A DNA stretch of 63,413 bases, counting the filler. It is 7 parts of 7 records of this genome, joined end to end, with 100 filler letters (N's around TTAATTAATTAA, not from the genome) between each part and the next. Parts side by side here need not be neighbours in the genome. Positions count along the whole stretch, not along the records: positions 42,406 to 47,766 come from SRR20825010_3740; positions 47,867 to 55,386 come from SRR20825010_3744; 5 more parts are not named here. One strand, given 5' to 3'. The notes under the pieces were generated by a model. It had not been told where the DNA came from and searched no databases. It saw only the letters and a list, made by a program, of their open reading frames with translations. The position numbers and the translations under genes are program-made. Numbering within the stretch: the first letter of the stretch is position 1; the number at the start of each line of letters is the position of its first letter. Below, in pieces: positions 42,742 through 53,072 of the stretch.

Positions 42742-45339
42742 CTATTGCGCCTGATCGGTCGTTTGCATCTCGACGGCCAACGCCAGTCGCGTGGACGCCC
42801 AACAGGCGGGCAACTCATCAAGGTCTGCGCTGATCGTCGCGTTGTCACTGGACAGGGCCTTGGTGTGGATCGCCTGAAGCCGCTCAGCAAGCGGAACAGC
42901 CCCCAGAACTGCAGCGGATCCCGACAGGCGATGTGCTTCGGATGCCAAGGCGGCCAGACCGTCGTCGCCCGACCCGAGCCATTCTGGAAGCGCGTGCAGA
43001 AAATCGGTCATTTCCTCGACAAAGCGGTCGTGAACAAACGTCATTCGGTGACTGGAAAGATGCCGGCGCATGTCCGATATCTGGGCCGTGTCGATGTCCC
43101 CATAGCGCACCGGGCCATAGACCGGGCGTTTGGGTCGCGGCATTTCCATCGTCATGGCTGTCTTCAAGGCTCGGCGGATCGCGTCCAGCGTGAGTGGCTT
43201 GATCAGGGCCCCCTGCATCCCGGCCGAAAGAAAGGCCTCTATCTCTTGCGGAAGGGCATGAGCGGTGGTGGCGATGATCGGCGTTCCGGCGTTGACGCCC
43301 ACACCCGCGCGCAGGGCACGAGCCACGTCGATCCCGTCCATGCCGGGCATCGAAATATCCAGCAAGACAACGTCATATGCGCGCGTCTCCGCCAATTTCA
43401 GGGCCAGTTCACCGCAGGCGGCGGTCTCGACATGATGACCGTCATGTTCCAGAAGTTCACGTCCGACAATTCGGTTGATCTCGTTGTCCTCGACCAGAAG
43501 GATCGTGCAGGCGGGTGGAATGGGGGCCGGTTTTGCGGGCGCTGTGAGGGGCACGGGCGCGTCCTCGACGACCCGCTCAGTTGGGGCCAGCGGCAACCGG
43601 AGCCAAAATACGCTACCGTCACCCGGCTCGCTTTCTACGTCCAGTTCGCCATCAAGCGCAGTGGCTAACCGACGCGAAATGCCAAGTCCTAGTCCGGTGC
43701 CTGATGAGCTGCGCCCATATGTGCTGTCAATGGTGACAAAATCCTCAAATATGCGGTCCAGATCCGTTTCGGCGATGCCGATGCCGGTATCGGTCACACG
43801 TAGTTCCACCGCCTCCAGGCCGTTGCTGCAGTCGGCCTCAATGGTGATGCGACCGTTCCGGGTGAACTTGATCGCGTTACTTACAAGGTTCAGTAGAATC
43901 TGGCGCACCCGATCGGGATCACCGTAGACCTGATGCAGTTCTGGGTTCGGCGGTGTCAGAACAAGGCTGTTGCCATGCGCCGACGCGTTCTGACGCTGGT
44001 TGTCGATGGTCTCTTCCAACAGAGCAATCAGATCGAATGCCGTCTTGCGCAGGCTCATCTTGCCGGCATCCAGCCGCGAGATGTCCAGAACCTCGTTCAC
44101 ATGGCGCAGCAACACGTTTCCAGAGTCTTTGACGATGCGCAAATAGCGCTGGTGCCGCGCGTCCAGCGCTGCTTCGTCGACCAGTTCCAGCGTGCCAAGC
44201 ATCCCGTTCAAGGGGGTCCGCATTTCGTGGCTCATGACAGCCAGCAGTTCGGCCTTTTGCTTTTCTCCGGCAATGGCCCGGTCGCGTGCGCGTTTTAAGG
44301 CAGCCTCGCTGCGGACCCGTTCGGAGATATCGCGCAGAAACGCGACGTAGATTTCGCCACTTGGACTGTGCGCCCGGGCAAGCGAGACATCGACTGGAAA
44401 GATTGTTCCGTCGCGTTTTTTGGCCTCCAGTCGAATGATGCCGTTGCCCATGAACCTTGGTTTCTCGCCGCGACGAAATCGGGCCAATCCTTCGCGGTGG
44501 GCCTCTCGAAAATGGTTGGGGATGATCAGATCGGCCATGTCTGCACCGTCGGCCTCGGCGCGGGTGTATCCGAAGACGCGTTCCGCCGCGCCGTTGTATT
44601 CAATGATGCGACCGGCGTAGTCTGACACCACAATGGCATCCAGAGACGTCGACAGGATGGTTTCGATCCGCTCTCGTGTTTCACGGTTTTCGCGCGCTTC
44701 GGCATCGCTTTTGCGGGCCAGCCGGAACAATGCCAATGACAGAACCGCAAGCATCGCCAACAAGGCGACCGTCAAAAGGCCGACACGGGCCATGCTGCGG
44801 CCCAGGCTGTCGCGCTGTTCATAGCCCAGTTCAGAAAAGTATTCGAGCCCGGCCAGCGTCGCGTCGCGCACCGCGCCACGGGTGGCGCGGGCCTCGTCAG
44901 CCATGCGGGGCAGGGCAGAGCGGAGCGCCGCATCCGGCCCGTCTATCACCGGCAGCCAGGTTGCCCGGAAGGCTAAAATCCGGGAGATCCCGTCGTTGAC
45001 ATCGCCGAGTTCGAGCAAGGTGGCAAACCGCGCACTGTCCTGGATGGTTTGCACCCGGCTGTAGAAGACATCATAGCGTAGGCGCACTTCTTCCAGCGTA
45101 TCGAGGCCAGAGTTCGCCCGCAGGGCGGCGATTTCCAGCGCCATAAGCTCGACCTCAGTCTGGCCCAGCGTCCATTGCATGTTATCTGCGGCCGACGTCG
45201 CCAGTCTGCGGACCTGCTGGCGCAGGTCCAGAACAAGCACGGCGATGGTCACAACGATCAGGAGGACGACCAACACGGCCAGCACGCGGCGCAGGCCGGT
45301 CATCCGTGAGAACATGGGCCGGATGTTCGCAGCGTCCAT
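42742..45339 (-). CDS. Hybrid histidine kinase (TM-sensor-TM-PAS-HisKA-HATPase-REC-Hpt)
   Basis: MSHEMRTPLNG, QILLNLVSNAIKFT, GTGLGL, LLDISMP, EAHRLSGSA; start uncertain (45375, 45339 or 45315). Confidence 0.93.
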   Translation of the reverse strand: MDAANIRPMFSRMTGLRRVLAVLVVLLIVVTIAVLVLDLRQQVRRLATSAADNMQWTLGQTEVELMALEIAALRANSGLDTLEEVRLRYDVFYSRVQTIQDSARFATLLELGDVNDGISRILAFRATWLPVIDGPDAALRSALPRMADEARATRGAVRDATLAGLEYFSELGYEQRDSLGRSMARVGLLTVALLAMLAVLSLALFRLARKSDAEARENRETRERIETILSTSLDAIVVSDYAGRIIEYNGAAERVFGYTRAEADGADMADLIIPNHFREAHREGLARFRRGEKPRFMGNGIIRLEAKKRDGTIFPVDVSLARAHSPSGEIYVAFLRDISERVRSEAALKRARDRAIAGEKQKAELLAVMSHEMRTPLNGMLGTLELVDEAALDARHQRYLRIVKDSGNVLLRHVNEVLDISRLDAGKMSLRKTAFDLIALLEETIDNQRQNASAHGNSLVLTPPNPELHQVYGDPDRVRQILLNLVSNAIKFTRNGRITIEADCSNGLEAVELRVTDTGIGIAETDLDRIFEDFVTIDSTYGRSSSGTGLGLGISRRLATALDGELDVESEPGDGSVFWLRLPLAPTERVVEDAPVPLTAPAKPAPIPPACTILLVEDNEINRIVGRELLEHDGHHVETAACGELALKLAETRAYDVVLLDISMPGMDGIDVARALRAGVGVNAGTPIIATTAHALPQEIEAFLSAGMQGALIKPLTLDAIRRALKTAMTMEMPRPKRPVYGPVRYGDIDTAQISDMRRHLSSHRMTFVHDRFVEEMTDFLHALPEWLGSGDDGLAALASEAHRLSGSAAVLGAVPLAERLQAIHTKALSSDNATISADLDELPACWASTRLALAVEMQTTDQAQ

Positions 45340-45613
45340 CACGTTACCAGAACAGAGGGGGGCTGCCGAAACCAACGGCCAGCAGAGGCATCAGGGTACA
45401 GGTCATGTCTGGCGCGCCTTTCCGAGTCCGGGCCTGTTCAGAAAATCCTCCAGAGCACGGTCATGCAAGGGGCATCACGTCCGTGCGCAGAGTCTTTGGA
45501 CGCAGGGTTTGGCAATGTATATTAATTCCTGTATCTAAATATGAAGAGCACAACGCACTGGGACGGCACCCGTATCCGGATAAAAACAGCGCGAGGGCGC
45601 GATTGAGGCGAAC

Positions 45614-46219
45614 ATGATGAGAATTCTTGTAGCGGACGACCACGATCTGGTGCGCGACACGATTGCCGCATATCTCGACGGGGCCGATGTGGATGAGGTC
45701 CGCACCGTGGCCACGCTACAGGATGCGGTGGCCATGGCTCAGGACAGCGGCAGTTTTGACCTGGTTCTCTTAGACTACAACATGCCGGGAATGAACGGTC
45801 TTGAGGGTCTGGAACTTATGCGAGCAGCCAACTCCGGGCGTCCGGTGGCAATTCTGTCAGGCAGCGCAACACGGGATGTGGCGAGCGCGGCATTGAAGGC
45901 GGGCGCGCAGGGGTTCATTCCTAAGACCCTGAGCGCGCGATCCCTGTTGTCTGCGGCGCGGTTCATGGCAGCGGGTGAGGTTTATACACCGATCGACTTC
46001 ATGAAACCCGGTCGTCCTGACACCGAAGGCGCGCTGACGCGGCGCGAACAAGAGGTGCTGCGGGGCATCTGCGAGGGCAAGGCGAACAAGGAAATCGCGC
46101 GGGATCTGGAACTGCAGGAGGTTACTGTCAAACTGCACGTCAAGACCCTGAGCCGCAAGTTGGAAGCTCGCAACCGGACCCATGCGGCGATGATCGCCCG
46201 CGACCGCGGGCTGGCGTAA
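45614..46219 (+). CDS. NarL/LuxR-family response regulator
   Basis: ADDHDLVR, LLDYNMPG, LTRREQEVL...NKEIARDL..TVKLHV. Confidence 0.95.
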   Translation: MMRILVADDHDLVRDTIAAYLDGADVDEVRTVATLQDAVAMAQDSGSFDLVLLDYNMPGMNGLEGLELMRAANSGRPVAILSGSATRDVASAALKAGAQGFIPKTLSARSLLSAARFMAAGEVYTPIDFMKPGRPDTEGALTRREQEVLRGICEGKANKEIARDLELQEVTVKLHVKTLSRKLEARNRTHAAMIARDRGLA

Positions 46220-46229
46220 CACGAGTATT

Positions 46230-46721
46230 CTACACCGGGCCGTAACGGCGACGTTCGATCGTAACCTGTCCTGCAGAGTCTGTACGAATGATGTGCAGGT
46301 CGCCATAGGACAGTGGTAGCGGTTCTGACAGACCGAGGGTCTCCCAGATCGACGCGATGTTGCCCTTGTTCCCCACCCACAGCACCACGGTTCCCGCGCC
46401 GCGTTCTACCAGCGCCGGTGTTGGGTTTTCCTGCGGCAGGCGCTTGACAGGCAGGCCGGTCGCTTGCGCCAATGGCGCCGCCGTATCCAGATTACGCTGA
46501 ATGCCTGGGCTGTAGATGTGCTTTACGCCCAACCCTTCGACAGCCGTGACCAAGGCCTGAGCGCGGGCGCGCCCCTTGTCGCTGAGATCTTCACCATCGC
46601 GGTCCCCGTGGCGCGTCACGATCACGGTGGAATTGGGAGATATTGCATGAGTGCCGGGGATCAAGGCGCAGGAAGCGGTGGTCAGCGACACCAATGCAAT
46701 CAGAATGTGGCGACGGATCAT
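46230..46721 (-). CDS. Histidine-phosphatase-family lipoprotein
   Basis: RHG motif, signal peptide ending TASC (lipobox-like); the second catalytic His position reads VGNK. Confidence 0.75.
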   Translation of the reverse strand: MIRRHILIALVSLTTASCALIPGTHAISPNSTVIVTRHGDRDGEDLSDKGRARAQALVTAVEGLGVKHIYSPGIQRNLDTAAPLAQATGLPVKRLPQENPTPALVERGAGTVVLWVGNKGNIASIWETLGLSEPLPLSYGDLHIIRTDSAGQVTIERRRYGPV

Positions 46722-46933
46722 TGGGCCCTCGGCAGTTTGTTGCAGCTACGTTACCCCGGATTGGCGCTGTTAGGCAATGAAACGGCGAACCAGGCCGATC
46801 AAATGCCGATTATTCTGCACCTGCAAAGTGCGTTTCGCGGCAGTCTTTTCAACATTTGGGCAATCTTGGCGACCCATATCCTGATCGCAGGACCGGATAA
46901 CAAACACGCGCGGTCCCAGAAAAAGGAGAAGCC

Positions 46934-47323
46934 ATGAATATGTCGATTTCTGCTGCAATGTTGCCCAGCATGTTGTCGAGCAACGGAATGCAGACCACGC
47001 AGCCAGCGGGCGAACAGGATGCAGTGGCCGAAATCGGGCGCACTGGACCGCCTTCGGGGCCCCCGCCTGGAGGTGGGGCCGGTGGACCCGGGGGCCCGGG
47101 TGGGCCGGGCGGTGCCGCGGGCGCAGGCGGCCCCCCTCCCGGTGGGGGCAAGGGCGGGGGAATGGATGCTGCGGGCGGCGCTGATGCAGAGTCTCTGATC
47201 CTGTCGTTGATCGAAGAAGCGGCCACTAGTGACGATGCCGATGAAGACGCCATAACCACCACGGCGGAAACCGCTGCCGATCTTTACGCTGACATGCAAG
47301 AGCTTGTTTCAGCCTTGCCGTAA
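46934..47323 (+). CDS. Hypothetical Gly/Pro-rich protein with an acidic C-terminus
   Basis: AAGGAG RBS, 129 aa, GPP/GGP low-complexity core, downstream hairpin. Confidence 0.75.
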   Translation: MNMSISAAMLPSMLSSNGMQTTQPAGEQDAVAEIGRTGPPSGPPPGGGAGGPGGPGGPGGAAGAGGPPPGGGKGGGMDAAGGADAESLILSLIEEAATSDDADEDAITTTAETAADLYADMQELVSALP

Positions 47324-47373
47324 CCCCATCGGGGTAGACCGGGGCAGGTCAATCACGACCGGCCCCGGCATTG

Positions 47374-47766
47374 TTACCCCAATGCGTCATTGCAACGCTT
47401 GCAGGTGGCTGGATGGGAATGTGTGCCCACGTCAGGCAGGATCTTCCAGCACCGCTGGCATTTCTCACCATCGGCTTTTTCAAACACGACCGTGACGCCA
47501 TCGACCTCTGGCAGGCGGAACGCCTCGGACGGTGCAGGATCCCCTGACAGAACAATGTCCGAGGTGATGCAGACGTCCTCAAACGCAACCGATTTCAGCG
47601 CGGTCAACAAGTCTGCCTCACGGACATGCACCACCGGCGCGGCCTCCAGCGAGGCGCCGATCACCTTGTCGGTGCGCTGCACCTCCAACGCGGCGGTCAC
47701 GGCACGGCGGGCGCGGCGCACCATCTGCCACTTGGCGGACAGCGGTTCATCCAGCCACTCCTTGGG
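47374..47766 (-). CDS. ileS: Isoleucyl-tRNA ligase, C-terminal fragment
   Basis: ALEVQRTDKVIGASLEA and the KCQRCW...CKRC zinc finger. Confidence 0.92.
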   Translation of the reverse strand, partial: PKEWLDEPLSAKWQMVRRARRAVTAALEVQRTDKVIGASLEAAPVVHVREADLLTALKSVAFEDVCITSDIVLSGDPAPSEAFRLPEVDGVTVVFEKADGEKCQRCWKILPDVGTHSHPATCKRCNDALG

Positions 47767-47866
47767 NNNNNNNNNNNNNNNNNNNNNNNNNNNNNNNNNN
47801 NNNNNNNNNNTTAATTAATTAANNNNNNNNNNNNNNNNNNNNNNNNNNNNNNNNNNNNNNNNNNNN
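47767..47866. other. Artificial contig linker
   Basis: N-run + TTAATTAATTAA + N-run. Confidence 0.98.
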
Positions 47867-47885
47867 GTCCGGTTGCCTGGGGCAT
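47867..47885 (-). CDS. Start of the next gene (MPQATG...), probably VgrG
   Basis: AAGGA RBS + ATG 47885; only 6 codons visible; call rests on position after tssM and recalled Marinobacter-type VgrG N-termini. Confidence 0.35.
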
Positions 47886-47966
47886 GTCTTCGATCCTTGA
47901 AGCAGTAAAATCCTGAACCGCCAATACGGAAAACGTCCTGTTTCCGTATTGGCTCTGGTGCATAGT

Positions 47967-50900
47967 CTAATACAGACTGCGTGGTATCTGGTACCCCGCC
48001 AGCAACTGCTGTGTGAACGGGTTGGTATTACTGCCCGCATGCAGGCGATAACGCATCTCGCCATCGTCCAACGCAAACCGCACATCCACGGCACTGCTGC
48101 TCACGCCGGTGATGTCGGCTTCGTCCAGCAGGCGAAACAACGCCCAAGGGCCGTTTTCCGAAATACTGCGTGGCGAGCGGTTCACTTCCGTGGGCACCAG
48201 GGTCACCCGGCTCTCAACCGAATCCCTCAGTGTATTGGGCCACACCAGCGGAATGCTCTGGCTGGGGCCGTGGCTGAACTCGACCAGTTGCCCGTCCACG
48301 TTCATCACGCTGCGGCGCTTGTTGGAAGACAGGTGCAACGGCTCCAGTGCAAACTCGACATCCAATGAGCCGCTTCGCGTGAAGAAGGCACGGCGGATAT
48401 TCTCGGCTTTCTCCAGCGAGGCCAGCACATCGCGACGAACCAGGCTGGCGCGTTTGGAACCGGCAATGTGTTCCGGATGGTCTTCCAGGAACAGTTTCAG
48501 GTTGTCGTTGTAAAACTGGTCCAGCACACCGTCCGGCGCAAAGAAGCGCTCGAAATCCTGCAGTGCGGCGTCGCGGCCGGCGCCCGGATTGAACGGGTAA
48601 TGCCTGGCCAGACTCTGCTGGAACGGCTGGTAGACTTCCTGGTACCACTGGCGTTCCAGCTGCGCCACGGCCTGATCCAGAACCACGCGCCAGCTTTCAG
48701 AGGCCAACTTCTCAAGCATGCGGTCCAGCGGTGCCGGCTGATTCGAGGCTACCCGTTGCAGGGTGAAGATTGGGTCCGCGCCTTGCAGGCCCATCCGGGC
48801 ACGGGCGGCGGAGAGTGCAGCCTTGCCACGATCCGGTGCTTCCTGGATGCCACGCAGATAGGTGTGCAGGTTCTGAACCACGTCCATCACCTGTTCCATA
48901 TCGCTGGGGTTGTCACCCCGTTTGTCGATCAATGCGTTCAGGTCGGTGAACTGTCGTTCAATCTCCTGAACCATCTGGAAGTGGGCGGACTGCTCCATCA
49001 CTTTGCGGGCCGCTTCGGCTTCTTCACTACCACCGGGAATCAATCGGGTATTGGCGGTAACCTGCGCCAGCAACTGATTCAGCGGCTCGTGACCGCTGGT
49101 CAGGCTTTCCAGAATACGCACACCATGGTTAAGGTCGCTGAAGCTCTGGATGTCCAGCCGGCTCAGCGCCCGACGCCAGCTCGCCACATAGTTTTCCGCG
49201 TACAGGGATTGCAGTTGCGCCTGCAGCCGCGCTTCATCCGCCTTGCTGAAGTTCACATCGTCCCGACGGCCCAATACCCAGGCATCAACCAGAGCCAGTT
49301 CCGTCACCGAGCCGGATTTGCGCAGGAACCAGGAATCCAGGCCTTCACGGGTCAACAGTGATGGAATCACCACCGGATCTTCCTGTTCGGTGTTCTCCTC
49401 ATCAAGAGGTTCGCCGAATTCATCCAGGCGTACGAATACGGTGCTGAAGGCCGGTCCGGACTCCCGGGCCAGATCCAGCGGTGAGCGGAAGTTCTGCTCC
49501 GCTTCTTTCTCCAGATCCCGATAAACCCGGTCCGGAGTCGCAATGCGGCCGAGCTCGTGCTGGGCCCATTGAACACTGCTGCGGAAGGGGGCCAGGGCCA
49601 TGTCGGCGGTCTTGTCACCCGCTTCCACCCTCTGGTTCAGGTCCGTGTGCAGCATGGCATAGTCCAGGTGACTGAGCAGCCGTTGTTGCAGGTCCCGCTG
49701 CGCCGGGTAGGCGCGTTGCCAATAATCGCTCATGTAGCTGTGAACAATGTCCCGGCGGCGGCCACTGGCATCGTAGAGCATCCGCAACACACGCAAGTGG
49801 TCGAGGCGCTCAGAGCTGGTGTCCGGGGCATCGCTCATCTCTTCCATCACGCCCAGCATCAGCGCGGGCATGAACTGGTAGGCCAGCATGTCCAGGTAGG
49901 ATTCTTCCACTTCCGGACCAACCTTGTGGCCTTTATACAGGCCCATATCCGCCACGACAGCCGGTTCCGCCCGGTAATCACCAAACGCCAGGGTGGCTTC
50001 CCGTAGCTGGTCCAGAGGCTCCAGCAAATTGCGGCCAGTGGTGTCAGGTTCGTAGCCGATGGGGCGCCAGTTATCGATAAAACTGCGTACCCGCTCCTCC
50101 ACCGCGGTAGCGGCCTGTGCATTTTCGATAAAGTAGTGCTGCCATCCGGCGGTCATACCCAGGCCGGCGGCAACGGCCACGACGGCCGCGACAGCAATGC
50201 GGCGACGCCGACTACCAACCACTTTCTGGTTGTCACCAGCCAGGCCCGCTTCGCGATAGATAATGTTGGGAAACAGCTTTTCGGTGAACAGGCTTGAGGA
50301 CTGCCCACCACGCTGAGCAGGCTGTATCGGGCTGGCAAGCCCATAATTCGCGGCAGCGGCTGAGACAAACGCATCTTCCGGTACGCCTTCCTGAACCACG
50401 GAGGTGAAGTAGGTGCCTCGCACCAGGGCCGGCGTTGAAAAGGCATCCGCAGAAAGCAGGTCTGCCAGGAACTGCTCAAGCACTGGCTTCAGGCCGGCCA
50501 ACTGGCGGGTAAAGGAATAAGCAGCGGCACGCTCTTCAGCATCCCTTGTGGCAGACAGCACGTCCGGAAGCCGCTCACCGAGTTGCTCCGCGAGTTTGCT
50601 GAAGCTTTGGTCAAACTCGCCCAGCCAGTCGTCGGCATCCAGTTGGCCGTCCAACTGGAAGGTAAAGCCCAGGGGCTGTTCACGCTCGGCTTTGGAGAGT
50701 GTGCGGGCAAATGGCGCAAACCCGTAGAGCAGGTCCATTTTGGTAAAGCTGATGTACACCGGCAACTGGGAGCCCAACTGCTCCATCAATTCCCGCAGCC
50801 GGGTACGAAGCAGGATGGCCTGGGCCTGGCGCTGCTGTTCATTGCCAGTGCTCAGACGGGCAAGATCAACCGCCAGCACAACGCCATTCAAGGGGCGCTG

Positions 50901-51569
50901 GGGGCGGTTCTTTTCCAGCCAGGTGATGAAGTGGGTCCACAACCGCTGCTGGATATCGCTGGTGGCGCCCTCGCCGTCGTTCTGGCTCAGCAGTTCGCCG
51001 TCCGGGTCAATCAGTACACCGTTGTCGCCCACCCACCATTCAAAACCGAAAGGGTTACGCTCGGTGCGAGGATTGCGGGTGACGTTGGTGAGGGTGTATG
51101 TCTGCCCTGAGCGCTGGATGAGGCTGGTTTTACCGGCATCTTCCAGGCCTATCACCAGGTACCAGGGCAAACGATAGACACCCTTTCGGCCCGGCAGGTT
51201 GCTCTTGAGTTCCGTCAGGCGGCGATCAAGCAGGCGCTGCTGGCGCCGTTCCAGCGGCAGGATGGGATCTTCCTCTTCCTTCTGCTCTTCCGCCTTGGCG
51301 ACGTTCACTTTACGCAGCTTGCGCGCCAGCATCATGCCCCAGACCATGGCCACCAGCAGTACCACCACCAGCGTCACCAGGGCACGCATCTGCCAGGCCG
51401 CCAACGGGTATTCACCGCCGATTTCCAGGCGCGGGCCCAACCACCAGGTTGCGGCCAGCAGTACCACCACACCCAGCGCCAGGGTAATCGGCGCCGCACT
51501 GCGCACAAAGGGCAGTATCCGTCGTCCAATGAGTAGGGCTTGTCTCCACATGGTGTCCATTCCTGTCAA
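47967..51569 (-). CDS. tssM: T6SS membrane complex subunit TssM (IcmF/VasK)
   Basis: About 1200 aa, N-terminal TM segments, LPWYLVIG..AGKTS, RPLNGVVL, RGTYFTS, YPF, GPWALFRL. Confidence 0.96.
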   Translation of the reverse strand: MTGMDTMWRQALLIGRRILPFVRSAAPITLALGVVVLLAATWWLGPRLEIGGEYPLAAWQMRALVTLVVVLLVAMVWGMMLARKLRKVNVAKAEEQKEEEDPILPLERRQQRLLDRRLTELKSNLPGRKGVYRLPWYLVIGLEDAGKTSLIQRSGQTYTLTNVTRNPRTERNPFGFEWWVGDNGVLIDPDGELLSQNDGEGATSDIQQRLWTHFITWLEKNRPQRPLNGVVLAVDLARLSTGNEQQRQAQAILLRTRLRELMEQLGSQLPVYISFTKMDLLYGFAPFARTLSKAEREQPLGFTFQLDGQLDADDWLGEFDQSFSKLAEQLGERLPDVLSATRDAEERAAAYSFTRQLAGLKPVLEQFLADLLSADAFSTPALVRGTYFTSVVQEGVPEDAFVSAAAANYGLASPIQPAQRGGQSSSLFTEKLFPNIIYREAGLAGDNQKVVGSRRRRIAVAAVVAVAAGLGMTAGWQHYFIENAQAATAVEERVRSFIDNWRPIGYEPDTTGRNLLEPLDQLREATLAFGDYRAEPAVVADMGLYKGHKVGPEVEESYLDMLAYQFMPALMLGVMEEMSDAPDTSSERLDHLRVLRMLYDASGRRRDIVHSYMSDYWQRAYPAQRDLQQRLLSHLDYAMLHTDLNQRVEAGDKTADMALAPFRSSVQWAQHELGRIATPDRVYRDLEKEAEQNFRSPLDLARESGPAFSTVFVRLDEFGEPLDEENTEQEDPVVIPSLLTREGLDSWFLRKSGSVTELALVDAWVLGRRDDVNFSKADEARLQAQLQSLYAENYVASWRRALSRLDIQSFSDLNHGVRILESLTSGHEPLNQLLAQVTANTRLIPGGSEEAEAARKVMEQSAHFQMVQEIERQFTDLNALIDKRGDNPSDMEQVMDVVQNLHTYLRGIQEAPDRGKAALSAARARMGLQGADPIFTLQRVASNQPAPLDRMLEKLASESWRVVLDQAVAQLERQWYQEVYQPFQQSLARHYPFNPGAGRDAALQDFERFFAPDGVLDQFYNDNLKLFLEDHPEHIAGSKRASLVRRDVLASLEKAENIRRAFFTRSGSLDVEFALEPLHLSSNKRRSVMNVDGQLVEFSHGPSQSIPLVWPNTLRDSVESRVTLVPTEVNRSPRSISENGPWALFRLLDEADITGVSSSAVDVRFALDDGEMRYRLHAGSNTNPFTQQLLAGYQIPRSLY

Positions 51570-51585
51570 TTTGATCCGTCAGTTG

Positions 51586-53022
51586 TTATGCGAGTCTGTC
51601 CAGCCTGGCCACCAGGCCGGGCTCCCAGTCTTCAAGATTCATCCCACGGGTCTGCTCACGCAGATCCTGCACCTGTTGTTTCGCCAGGCTTTTCATACCG
51701 CTGTCTTTCATCAACTGGCTGCTCATCAGCCGCCAGTAGAATCGGTCACGGGGCTCGCGGGCGGAATCCAGGCCTTCTTCCAGCAGCTTCATGGCCGGCG
51801 CCAGACCCTTCTGATCCATCACTGCCCGGGCATCCTCGTAAGCCTGTTCCCATGCACTCGCGCCGCCTGCGGCGCCACCTTTCGCCGGGCCGCTGAGCAT
51901 CCAGTCGGCTACCGCTTTGGGCAGAAAAGGCGTGCCGTCGTTAAAGGTCATGTCCGCCAACTCTGGCAACCGCTCAACGAAGGCTTTGACCGCCGTGCGG
52001 ATAGCTTCGGCACAGGTCTCGTGCCCCAATTCAGACGCCACTTGTGCGCTTAACCAGTGGCCCTCCAGCCAGAACGGACTGACCGACAGGCTTTGTTCGA
52101 TACGTTGCCAAAGTGCCAGATCCGGGGATTTGGACAGGCTCTCGCGATAGTCAGCCACCCTGTCGGCACTTACCGCCGCCAGATCGCTCTTGATGCCGTC
52201 GCGTGCTGGTGGAACCGAGGTAATGGTCTGCCAGATGGCGTAACGGCGGAGCTGATAGCCCAATGCATCGGCGGGCGTGGTTTCGGTCAGCATATCCGCC
52301 ACTTTAAGCAGGCTCTGGCGGGTGGCCCGCTCATTGGCGGGGTCCAGGGTCAGGCTGCCCAGAGACGCGGAAGAGGTGCTGCTGGCTTGCGGCGAAGAGG
52401 AGCCGGCCGATGACGTACCCGTGGTTTCGGTATTATCGGTGGCTTCCGACGGCCTGGGCGTATCGGAAGGCGATGGCAGTTTTTCCACGGCCCGACGCAA
52501 GTCCACCAGGCCGTCATCCGGCAGCTCCAGTGCACTCGCCTGTTCCAGCAGCTTGGCGAGCGTGGTCAGGCAGAATTCCCGGCCATCGCCCACGCCGCCG
52601 TCGAAGCTCAGTGCCGACACTTCCTTGAGGGCTCGTTGCAGAATCTGGGTCATCAGCATCTTGCGGGCGCGTTTGCCCTTGTCGCCCGGATAAGGCCAGG
52701 CATCGTGCCACCAACTGTCCAGTACCCGGTGCAACAGGTACAGCGACAGCGCAAACCGTTCACCGTTGCCGCCACGCTGCAGGCACAGCAGAAGAAAACC
52801 CAGCACCTTGAGGTCTTTACTGGTGTCCGACAGCAAGCGAAGCGATTCACTCTCCACCTTGCCCCATTCAACACCGGTGTGGGCCAGCGAGCCCACTTTC
52901 ATGATTTCGTTTTCGAGGTATTCCATGGTGGGGTCGTCCATCAGGTTCTCACCCGTGGCACTCTCACCGGAAAGCCTATTCAACACCTGTTCAACGTATG
53001 GATGCTGCTCTACTGCCTGCAT
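51586..53022 (-). CDS. tssA: T6SS TssA (ImpA_N + VasJ domain)
   Basis: EIMKVGSL..W...SKDLKV ImpA_N domain, S/T linker, SPFWLEGH, FNDGTPF, WEP. Confidence 0.9.
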   Translation of the reverse strand: MQAVEQHPYVEQVLNRLSGESATGENLMDDPTMEYLENEIMKVGSLAHTGVEWGKVESESLRLLSDTSKDLKVLGFLLLCLQRGGNGERFALSLYLLHRVLDSWWHDAWPYPGDKGKRARKMLMTQILQRALKEVSALSFDGGVGDGREFCLTTLAKLLEQASALELPDDGLVDLRRAVEKLPSPSDTPRPSEATDNTETTGTSSAGSSSPQASSTSSASLGSLTLDPANERATRQSLLKVADMLTETTPADALGYQLRRYAIWQTITSVPPARDGIKSDLAAVSADRVADYRESLSKSPDLALWQRIEQSLSVSPFWLEGHWLSAQVASELGHETCAEAIRTAVKAFVERLPELADMTFNDGTPFLPKAVADWMLSGPAKGGAAGGASAWEQAYEDARAVMDQKGLAPAMKLLEEGLDSAREPRDRFYWRLMSSQLMKDSGMKSLAKQQVQDLREQTRGMNLEDWEPGLVARLDRLA

Positions 53023-53072
53023 GTCCAATCCCTGTCTTTGCAAATGGCACTACACATTCTTGATAAAGATCA

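Noticed and set aside
47040-47180. Collagen-like protein or DNA tandem repeat
   Set aside because: The Gly-X-Y register holds for only a few triplets and codons vary; this is simple low complexity
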